Shown one piece after another: positions 56,369 through 64,000 of a stretch of 64,000 nt of DNA. Position 1 is the stretch's first letter. Every line of letters starts with the position of its first letter. The notes under the pieces were generated by a model. It saw only the letters and a program-made list of their open reading frames with translations, was not told where the DNA came from and did no database searches. The stretch is taken from contig OY970378.1 in assembly GCA_963718875.1 (NCBI GenBank), positions 669,373 through 733,372 on the forward strand, in the 5' to 3' direction. The translations under genes and the position numbers were made by a program. Source of the DNA: Candidatus Parcubacteria bacterium (GTDB lineage Bacteria > Patescibacteriota > Saccharimonadia > UBA4664 > JBIOIQ01).

Positions 56369-59224
56369 ATGAAGCAATCTGCTCGTCGTGTTGTTAGATC
56401 AGCACGGTCAACTAGAAGTCGATCCTCAACTCCATTAGCGGCTTTTTTGGCTCATTTTAAACCGGCCAATCTCAGGGCTTATTGGTTTAGTCGCCAAGGT
56501 TTAGTAATGACTGCAAAAATTGGTGGTGCAGGCTTCTTAGTTATAGCCTTGACTTTTTTATATGTTGCCAAAGACCTCCCAAACCCAAGCAAGGTTAAGT
56601 CGGTTACTGGCGCCCAAAATACCCGCTATTATGCTCGAGATGAACTTACCAACCCAGGTCATGGAACTTTACTTTGGGAAGATCATGGAGACCGAAACCG
56701 CACCATAATACCTTTTGAGCAAATGCCTAACTCGATTAAGCACGCTACGATTGCCATTGAAGACAAGAATTTTTATAAAGAGGGAGCTTTTAGTTTTACT
56801 GGTTACTTAAGGGCCGCTTATACCGACATTACCAACCGTGGAGTGCGCCAAGGTGGATCCACTATAACTCAGCAATACGTGAAAAATGCTCTGCTTAGCA
56901 ATGACCAGACCTTTAGTCGTAAGATTAAAGAGCTGATCTTAGCGATTGAAATAAATCAGCTATACAAAAAAGACGACATTTTAAAACTTTACTTAAATGA
57001 AATCCCTTATGGCTCTCAATCATACGGAATTCAGGCAGCCGCAAAAACTTTTTTTAATAAAAATGCCAAGGACTTGAATTTGGCGGAAAGTGCTTTGCTG
57101 GCTGCCATCGCTAACCGGCCAAGCTATTATTCGCCTTATGGAGTACACACCGACGAACTATTGTTTCGGCAACACCTAGTGTTAAATGCTATGGCAAAAC
57201 AAGGGTATATCAAGCAGTCAGAGGCCGACGCTGCTAAAAAGGTTGATATTTTGGGCCCTGGAGAACTTTCTCAAACCCCCAATTTAACAGCCGGGAATCT
57301 TGCCCCGCAGTTTGGCTTTTACGCCAAGGATGTGTTGGTAGGCAAGTATAGCACTTCAATCGTTGAGTCAGGGGGCTTGAAAGTAATTACTACGCTTGAT
57401 ATTACGAAGCAACACCAAGCCGAAGAGGCGGTTGACGCTAATATGCGCGCAGTTACTAATGCAGGCGGCTCAAACGCTGCCATAGTGTCGGCTGATCCAA
57501 AAACTGGCCAGATATACGCTATGGTTGGTAGTTATGATTATAATAAAACTGCCTTTAATGTAGCCCTGGCTAACCGTCAACCAGGTTCAAGCTTTAAGCC
57601 ATTTGTATATGCTACGGCTTGGGGCAAAGAGTACAACTATGGACCTGGTACAACTATGTACGATGTTACAACTGACTTTGGAAACTTTATTCCCAAAAAC
57701 TATGACGGGTTGACCCATGGAGTTCAATCTATGCGCACATCTCTGGGAAATTCCTATAACATCCCGGCGGTTAAAACTTTATATATGGCAGGACTTAAAA
57801 AGTCGATCGACACGGCCCATAAGCTAGGCATTACTACTTTATATAACCCTCCTGAGGGTGGGTATGGGCTTGCATTAGTGCTTGGTTCTGGCGAAGTTAA
57901 GTTAAACGATATGGTCAACGCTTATCAAAGTTTCGCTAATGGCGGGCTCCATTATGAAGCAACGCCAATTCTTAAAGTCACTAATGCAAGCGGAAAAGTA
58001 TTGATAGACAACGCCAAGCCAAGCGGTAAACAGGTCCTCGACCAGCAAGTGGCTTACTTAATGAATAGTGTTCTAAGCGACAACGGCGCTCGCTCGGCTG
58101 TGTTTGGTCCAAACAGCCCGCTCGTATTGCCTGGCTATGCTGCTGCAGTCAAGACTGGCACAACAACCAATTACCATGACGCGTGGACGGTAGGCTACAC
58201 GCCAAATCTTATTGCCGGGGTGTGGGTGGGAAATAACGACAATAGCCCCATGACTGCAGGAGGTGTTAACATTGCTGCGCCGATATGGAATACTTATATG
58301 AGGGCCGCCCTTAAAGGAACACCAAACGACCAGTTCAACAAACCCGCGGGTATCCAAACTATTACATTGGATGCTGACACGGGGCGATTGCCATCTTCGG
58401 GCACAAAACGAACTAGGGTTGATGTTTTTCCTTCATGGTACAAGCCGACACCGGCTACAAACACTAGAAGCGCCAAAGTCGATAAAGTTTCGAAGAAGCT
58501 TGCCACAGATTGTACGCCACCACTGGCCATTGAAACTGCCTACTCAAGTGAAATTCACGCAGAAATTCCTTCAACAGACCAAGCTTATAGTCGATGGGAG
58601 CCTCCCGTGGCAGGGCTTGCCGCAAGTTTAGGCTTTGCTCAAGGAGGAACCCTGCCTACGCAGAATGATGACGTTCATAGCTGCGGAGACGAAAAACCAA
58701 CTGTTACAATCACGGCTGCGGGATCTGGCCCAATACGCATTACAGCCACCGTAACTTCCGGAACGTTTCCGGCAAATAAGCTCGATATTAAGCTTGACGA
58801 CCAGGTCATATCTACCCAATCGCCAATCGAAACAAACCCGTATAGTTTTGATTATTCGGCTGCGAGCACTGGTAGCCATACTATAACCGCTACTGTCACT
58901 GATACGGGGCTTTATCAAGCAAGCAGCCAGACTACTGTTATTGTAGCTTCTACCGGAAGCGGATTCGCAGGGATGAGTCCACCCGAAGGTTCGCACCAAG
59001 CAGGAACGGCGGCCTTTACATGGTCTCGTGTCATTGATGCTACTTCTTATCAGTTGTTTGTTACCCGGAATGGGTCTCCATATGCCCCAGCTAATCCGCT
59101 CACTACTACCGGCCAAGCGGCTTTTTTGCCCATAACCCCAGGAATCTATAGTTGGCGTGTCGATGCTTATGACGGAGCCAGTAGGATCGACACTACCCCA
59201 ATTTATAATTTCAGTTCTCCGTAA
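56369..59224 (+). CDS. Class A penicillin-binding protein (PBP1A-like) with C-terminal Ig-like domains
   Basis: EDKNF, GGSTITQQ, RKIKE; SSFK, SYN, KTG; start moved to ATG at 56369. Confidence 0.95.
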   Translation: MKQSARRVVRSARSTRSRSSTPLAAFLAHFKPANLRAYWFSRQGLVMTAKIGGAGFLVIALTFLYVAKDLPNPSKVKSVTGAQNTRYYARDELTNPGHGTLLWEDHGDRNRTIIPFEQMPNSIKHATIAIEDKNFYKEGAFSFTGYLRAAYTDITNRGVRQGGSTITQQYVKNALLSNDQTFSRKIKELILAIEINQLYKKDDILKLYLNEIPYGSQSYGIQAAAKTFFNKNAKDLNLAESALLAAIANRPSYYSPYGVHTDELLFRQHLVLNAMAKQGYIKQSEADAAKKVDILGPGELSQTPNLTAGNLAPQFGFYAKDVLVGKYSTSIVESGGLKVITTLDITKQHQAEEAVDANMRAVTNAGGSNAAIVSADPKTGQIYAMVGSYDYNKTAFNVALANRQPGSSFKPFVYATAWGKEYNYGPGTTMYDVTTDFGNFIPKNYDGLTHGVQSMRTSLGNSYNIPAVKTLYMAGLKKSIDTAHKLGITTLYNPPEGGYGLALVLGSGEVKLNDMVNAYQSFANGGLHYEATPILKVTNASGKVLIDNAKPSGKQVLDQQVAYLMNSVLSDNGARSAVFGPNSPLVLPGYAAAVKTGTTTNYHDAWTVGYTPNLIAGVWVGNNDNSPMTAGGVNIAAPIWNTYMRAALKGTPNDQFNKPAGIQTITLDADTGRLPSSGTKRTRVDVFPSWYKPTPATNTRSAKVDKVSKKLATDCTPPLAIETAYSSEIHAEIPSTDQAYSRWEPPVAGLAASLGFAQGGTLPTQNDDVHSCGDEKPTVTITAAGSGPIRITATVTSGTFPANKLDIKLDDQVISTQSPIETNPYSFDYSAASTGSHTITATVTDTGLYQASSQTTVIVASTGSGFAGMSPPEGSHQAGTAAFTWSRVIDATSYQLFVTRNGSPYAPANPLTTTGQAAFLPITPGIYSWRVDAYDGASRIDTTPIYNFSSP

Positions 59225-59787
59225 TGAGTCCGCAAGAACCCAGGCATTTGTTTATCATAGGTCCGGCGAGTGTTGGAAAGTCTACCGTTGGATACACTTT
59301 AGCGAGACGTTTAAACATTCCGTTTATTGACCTTGACCTAGAGTTTAATGCCAGATTAGAAAGCACCACGGACCACATCGACGCCCGTGGCTACGAAAGT
59401 TATGCGCGGACTAATTCTGCTCTTTTTGAAACACTCCTTGACGAGGCCAAAACCTCCAGCGTCTTTGTCACGCCTGGAGGTTTTTTAGCACATGAGTCGG
59501 TGCCTGATTTGATCCCAAAGCATCTAGAGCTGCTTAAGAACCACGGGGTAACGATCTTGCTTTTACCTGGAGATAATCCAGAAGTCGGGGCCGATCTCGT
59601 GGTCGCCCGGCAGCTAGCTAGGTCTAGGTGGAATGATGATTCAGCAGAGGTTGAAAGACAACGCTTTTTGCGTCGTTTTCATCTATACATTAAGCATGGA
59701 AACATCCAAATTCTCTCGTCAGAGTCACCCTCTAAGGTAGTTACTAAAATTATTAGAGAGCTTAAAAAGCATAAGTGGAATACTTAG
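59224..59787 (+). CDS. Shikimate-kinase-like P-loop kinase
   Basis: GPASVGKST, FIDLD, TPGG. Confidence 0.75.
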   Translation: MSPQEPRHLFIIGPASVGKSTVGYTLARRLNIPFIDLDLEFNARLESTTDHIDARGYESYARTNSALFETLLDEAKTSSVFVTPGGFLAHESVPDLIPKHLELLKNHGVTILLLPGDNPEVGADLVVARQLARSRWNDDSAEVERQRFLRRFHLYIKHGNIQILSSESPSKVVTKIIRELKKHKWNT

Positions 59788-59806
59788 TAGCTCTAGTAAT
59801 AAACAG

Positions 59807-60817
59807 CTATTTCTTAACCCGGGATTTAGGCTGCAAACTATGACGCTTGTGATTTGACACAGTTTTATCGACCGCAGAAGTGTTTTTGTCTTCTTGTATA
59901 GCTGAGTTAGGCGTGGCAAAGATCATTTTGCCTGCAACCGTTTGAAATACCCGCGTCACTTCTGTGATAACTTCTTGGCCAATTAGCTTATCCCCGTTTT
60001 CGACCACTATCATGGTGCCATCGTTAAGGTAGCCGACCCCTTGGTTTTTTTCTTTACCTAGCTGCACCACCTTAACCACCATTTCCTCTCCTGGCAGTAC
60101 CACTGGACGGATTGCGTTTGATAATTCATTGATATTGAGTACGCGAACACCTTCAATTTGAGCTACTCTGTTTAAATTGAAGTCGGTAGTAAGAATTGGG
60201 ACGTGACGATTCTTGGCCAAACGAACTAACTTTGCATCTACTTCGGCGATTCCAGCCATTTCATCTTCGATGATTTCGATTTTGATTTCAGGGTTATCTC
60301 TAAGCTGATTGAGACACTCCAGTCCTCGACGCCCACGACTACGACGCATGGCATCATCAGAGTCAGCGATGTTCTGAAGCTCAGCCAAGACGAACCTAGG
60401 CACCAAAAGGTTACTTGGGGCAAACCCGGTTAAGGCTATGTCGGCAATCCGCCCATCAATAATTACAGAGGTATCTACCAAAGCAGCGTTGGTGCTCTGT
60501 ATGTCTAGAATATCACCCGTGTCGGATAGGCGCCGCATAAAAGGCAACAAGCTAGCGAATGTATCAGACTGTTTTACGAACGCCCCAATCATTACTGCTA
60601 CGGCTAGAACAGTTACCAGAATAGGAAAAATATTGCTAAATGGTGTCGGTAGGCTGCTTAGGGGTAGACTTAATAATGCGCCTATTAACAAACCAATGAT
60701 TGCCCCGCTTAAACCCAAAATCAAGCTTCGGAATGATAACCGCATTATCCGTACTGCTGCCAAGCCGGCACAGGCCAACAATACAATCACGCCGATAATA
60801 ATAACTGCTTCAGACAT
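59807..60817 (-). CDS. PIN/TRAM domain membrane protein (YacL-like)
   Basis: DTSVIIDGRI, RGRRGL, TDFNLN, QGVGYLNDGTMIVVE; follows radA. Confidence 0.93.
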   Translation of the reverse strand: MSEAVIIIGVIVLLACAGLAAVRIMRLSFRSLILGLSGAIIGLLIGALLSLPLSSLPTPFSNIFPILVTVLAVAVMIGAFVKQSDTFASLLPFMRRLSDTGDILDIQSTNAALVDTSVIIDGRIADIALTGFAPSNLLVPRFVLAELQNIADSDDAMRRSRGRRGLECLNQLRDNPEIKIEIIEDEMAGIAEVDAKLVRLAKNRHVPILTTDFNLNRVAQIEGVRVLNINELSNAIRPVVLPGEEMVVKVVQLGKEKNQGVGYLNDGTMIVVENGDKLIGQEVITEVTRVFQTVAGKMIFATPNSAIQEDKNTSAVDKTVSNHKRHSLQPKSRVKK

Positions 60818-60833
60818 GCCATTCTCCTGTGTT

Positions 60834-62162
60834 TTAGGATTTGGAATTAAGGCCAATTGTTATAGCTTGGCTGATAGTAGTAACTGCCAGCACTTCTTTG
60901 TCGCCGCGAGGGCCTATTGCTTTTGATAAGCCTAGTTTTTGCGCTTCCGCTAAGCGTTTTGTCACCTGCGACACACTTCGCACTTCTCCGCTTAAGCCTA
61001 CTTCGCCAAACACCACCGTGTCACCTACGAGCGGTTGATTTTTAAATGCCGATGCGATCGATAAAATAATTGCAAGATCAATAGCGGGCTCGGCAACCTT
61101 AAGTCCACCAACAATGTTAACATAAATGTCCTGATTGCTCAAATTTAGCCCTGCCCGTTTTGTGAGTACTGCCGCCAGCAGGTTGAGGCGGTTAAGGTCA
61201 AATCCTGAGGCAGTCCGCTTTGGATACCCGAAGACTGTGGTCGAAACAAGTGCTTGGACTTCAACTAACAGCGCTCTCGTACCCTCCAAGGTAGCGGCTA
61301 CAACTGAGCCGGCGTCCGGTTGACGTTCAGCTAGGAGCGCCGCCGAAGGGTTAGCAACATCAACCAACCCTGCCTCAGTCATTTCAAATATTCCGACTTC
61401 GTTTGTAGATCCAAAGCGGTTTTTAATACCCCTTAGCGCCTTGAAATTTCCATATCTATCTCCTTCTAGATAAAGGACGACATCGACAAGATGCTCAAGA
61501 ATTTTGGGACCTGCAATAGAGCCTTCTTTGGTGACGTGGCCAATTATAATCATGGCTGTATCGTGGCTTTTGGCAACGTTTTGAAGCATTTGAGCACTGG
61601 CAGTTATCTGTCCTACGCTTCCGGCTGCCCCCGTAAGTGCCTCTGTTGCCATAGTTTGAACCGAGTCAATCACAACCATCCCGTAATTTCCCGAGGCAAT
61701 TGTTGCAACGACGGCATCGGTGTTGGTTTCGGCCAGTAGGTCGAGCTCGGTCGATGCAAGCCCTAGCCGCTCCGCCCTAAGCTTGATTTGACTAGTTGAT
61801 TCTTCGCCGCTGACATATAAAACTGGTCTTTTCTTTGAAACAGTTGCAGCCACTTGCAGAACCAGCGTTGACTTGCCTATGCCAGGATCACCCGAGAGCA
61901 GTACAACTGAGCCTACAACAAGGCCACCACCAAGAACTTGATCGAGATCATTTGTGCCAGTCAATATGCGAGGGTATCGTGACGAGTCTATATTGGCTAG
62001 CTTTTCTGGAATTAGACTTTGAGTGCCCGACTTTTGACTTTTGGTAAAGGGCGCTGATTCAACCAAAGAATTCCAAGCAGCACATTCTGGGCATTTACCC
62101 GCCCAGCGGGGCGACGTTGCCCCACAACTTTGACAAATAAATTGGGTGGTTGGTTTTGCCAA
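60834..62162 (-). CDS. radA: DNA repair protein RadA/Sms
   Basis: C4 Zn finger, GDPGIGKST, KNRFG. Confidence 0.97.
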   Translation of the reverse strand: MAKPTTQFICQSCGATSPRWAGKCPECAAWNSLVESAPFTKSQKSGTQSLIPEKLANIDSSRYPRILTGTNDLDQVLGGGLVVGSVVLLSGDPGIGKSTLVLQVAATVSKKRPVLYVSGEESTSQIKLRAERLGLASTELDLLAETNTDAVVATIASGNYGMVVIDSVQTMATEALTGAAGSVGQITASAQMLQNVAKSHDTAMIIIGHVTKEGSIAGPKILEHLVDVVLYLEGDRYGNFKALRGIKNRFGSTNEVGIFEMTEAGLVDVANPSAALLAERQPDAGSVVAATLEGTRALLVEVQALVSTTVFGYPKRTASGFDLNRLNLLAAVLTKRAGLNLSNQDIYVNIVGGLKVAEPAIDLAIILSIASAFKNQPLVGDTVVFGEVGLSGEVRSVSQVTKRLAEAQKLGLSKAIGPRGDKEVLAVTTISQAITIGLNSKS

Positions 62163-62262
62163 GTTCTAGCCCATTAACTTGTTAAGTGTACCGAACAAAT
62201 CGCGAACATGCAACTTTTGTTTACCTGGCTCATTGCACTCAAGCGGCGTCATCTCACAAAAG

Positions 62263-64000
62263 CTACTCTGCGGCTGTATGAGCCAAGGAGGCTGGCTCTA
62301 AGTGCAGCTTTTCGCCTCTGCGGGTAATTTCTACCATGTCTCCGCTTTTTACTCGTAGCCCTAATAGCTCTCCCGCCAATGGGTCTTCGATGTAGTCCTG
62401 AATTGCGCGCCGCATTGGACGAGCGCCGTTGTCTAGGTCGTAACCTTTTTCCATTAAAAAGGTTTTGGCCGAAGGAGAGACTTTTAACTCAATTTGCTGT
62501 TCCTTGAGTCGAGTTGCTAGATCGGTTAATTGTAGGTTCAAAATGCGCTTAATATCATTTTTACTTAGGCTGCGGAATACCACTACTTGGTCGATGCGGT
62601 TTAAGAACTCTGGGCGGAAGGTTTGTTTTAAATCACTCATTACCTTGGTTTTGATTTGCTCATGTACCTCATCAACCTGACGTTCGTCGTCTTTTGTAAG
62701 GGCCTTGAAGCCCATTTTGGCTTCACGATACATATCGCTGGCGCCGACATTACTTGTCATAATAATGATGGTGTTGCGGAAGTCAACTTTTCGCCCCTTG
62801 GCATCACTAACAAAGCCGTCTTCTAAAATTTGAAGTAGCATGTTAAATACGTCTGGGTGGGCTTTTTCAATTTCGTCAAATAGTATCAGGCTGTAAGGTT
62901 TACGTCGGACAATTTCAGTCAACTGCCCGCCATCCTCGTAACCCACGTATCCTGCGGGTGCTCCGACTAATCGAGCGACATTGTGCTTTTCCATAAACTC
63001 GCTCATATCAATCTTCACCAAGGCGTCTCGATCATGGAACATTTCTTCGGCTAATTGGCGCGCCAGTTCCGTTTTACCTACACCGGTCGGCCCCAAAAAA
63101 ATAAATGATCCAATAGGGCGACGGCTGTCGCTAATGCCTGTTCGGCTACGACGGATAGCCCTGGATACGACCCCCACTGCCTCGGTTTGGCCAACTACGC
63201 GCTTATTCAAGGCCTCATCAAGCTTTATTAGGCTTTCAGTTTCAGTCTTAATTAAGCGAGTTAAAGGTACTCCCGTAACCATACTGATAACCTCAGCAAT
63301 CTCTTCGCCGCCAATGACAATCGGCTCTCCACTAGCACCTTCACGTAAGCGTTGGGCAGTTACTTTTTGCTCCATAATGCTGGCTTTTGTCTTAAGTCGG
63401 GCAGCAAGCTCAAAATCTTGATTTTCAACAGCCTCTTCGATATCAGCGTAAATATCAGATAGTTGTTTTTGCAACCCTCGTGAAACTTTGCCATTTCCGC
63501 CTCTTTTAATACGCGCGAGCGATGAGGCTTCGTCTATGAGATCTATGGCTTTGTCTGGCAAAAAGCGGTCGGCAATGTAACGTTTGGCTAGCTTGGCAGC
63601 CTGTTCTACGGCTTCATCACTTATAACAACGCGGTGGTGATGCTCGTACGCACCTCGAATACCGTAAAGCACCTCGATTGTCTCTTCCACAGTAGCTTCA
63701 GGAACAATGATTGGCTGGAAGCGACGCTCTAAAGCTGCATCTTTTTCGATGTACTTGCGATATTCATCCATAGTTGTCGCGCCTACTGCTTGAATTTCTC
63801 CACGGCTAAGTGCGGGTTTCAAGATATTAGCAGCGTCTATGGCACCTTCCGCTGCTCCAGCCCCGACGACCGTATGAAGCTCATCTATAAACAAAATAAC
63901 ATCAGGAGAAGCCTTAGCTTCGTCCAATATCTTCTTCAATCGTTCTTCGAATTCTCCCCGGTATTTAGTGCCTGCGATAACACTGGCTAGATCAAGCATT
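62263..64000 (-). CDS. clpC: ClpC-type AAA+ chaperone (5' end outside the window)
   Basis: [15 protein letters not shown]-like segment, [15 protein letters not shown]. Confidence 0.95.
   Translation of the reverse strand, partial: MLDLASVIAGTKYRGEFEERLKKILDEAKASPDVILFIDELHTVVGAGAAEGAIDAANILKPALSRGEIQAVGATTMDEYRKYIEKDAALERRFQPIIVPEATVEETIEVLYGIRGAYEHHHRVVISDEAVEQAAKLAKRYIADRFLPDKAIDLIDEASSLARIKRGGNGKVSRGLQKQLSDIYADIEEAVENQDFELAARLKTKASIMEQKVTAQRLREGASGEPIVIGGEEIAEVISMVTGVPLTRLIKTETESLIKLDEALNKRVVGQTEAVGVVSRAIRRSRTGISDSRRPIGSFIFLGPTGVGKTELARQLAEEMFHDRDALVKIDMSEFMEKHNVARLVGAPAGYVGYEDGGQLTEIVRRKPYSLILFDEIEKAHPDVFNMLLQILEDGFVSDAKGRKVDFRNTIIIMTSNVGASDMYREAKMGFKALTKDDERQVDEVHEQIKTKVMSDLKQTFRPEFLNRIDQVVVFRSLSKNDIKRILNLQLTDLATRLKEQQIELKVSPSAKTFLMEKGYDLDNGARPMRRAIQDYIEDPLAGELLGLRVKSGDMVEITRRGEKLHLEPASLAHTAAE

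Noticed and set aside
1-64000. Stop-codon reassignment (code 25) as the cause of broken ORFs
   Set aside because: TGA terminates conserved genes normally (rplQ, rplO, infA, rpsS) and the breaks are frameshifts, not in-frame stops

Overview
Core-genome window from a small-genome bacterium using genetic code 11, most likely Patescibacteria/CPR and Saccharibacteria-like (inferred from the missing rpmD, adk and map at their usual positions, DUF2779, tight stop/start overlaps and apparently leaderless genes). The minus strand carries clpC-radA-PIN/TRAM, tyrS-recG-rsmD-tRNA-Leu, tig-clpP, rpoBC and the str/S10/spc/alpha ribosomal cluster through rplM-rpsI. Accessory blocks break that cluster at three points (rpsG|fusA, fusA|tuf and an ~11.5 kb block at rpsJ|rplC), and each downstream core gene has its own sigma70-like promoter. 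The large block holds an IS1595-family and an IS481-family element with visible IRs and target duplications, plus rarA, Nudix, Rpf-like, DUF2779, SIMPL and CYTH genes. The most unusual signals are: a synonymously recoded tandem copy of the last 9 codons plus stop of rpsJ; a frameshift in rpsJ at A AAA AAG; two unexplained, highly structured ~220-250 nt intergenic RNA candidates (2003-2223 and 26441-26692); a 22-codon mini-ORF bridging rpsH and rplF; and REP-like repeats, one in frame inside rplV. Several single indels could be sequencing errors. All structures were folded by eye and no database searches were run.
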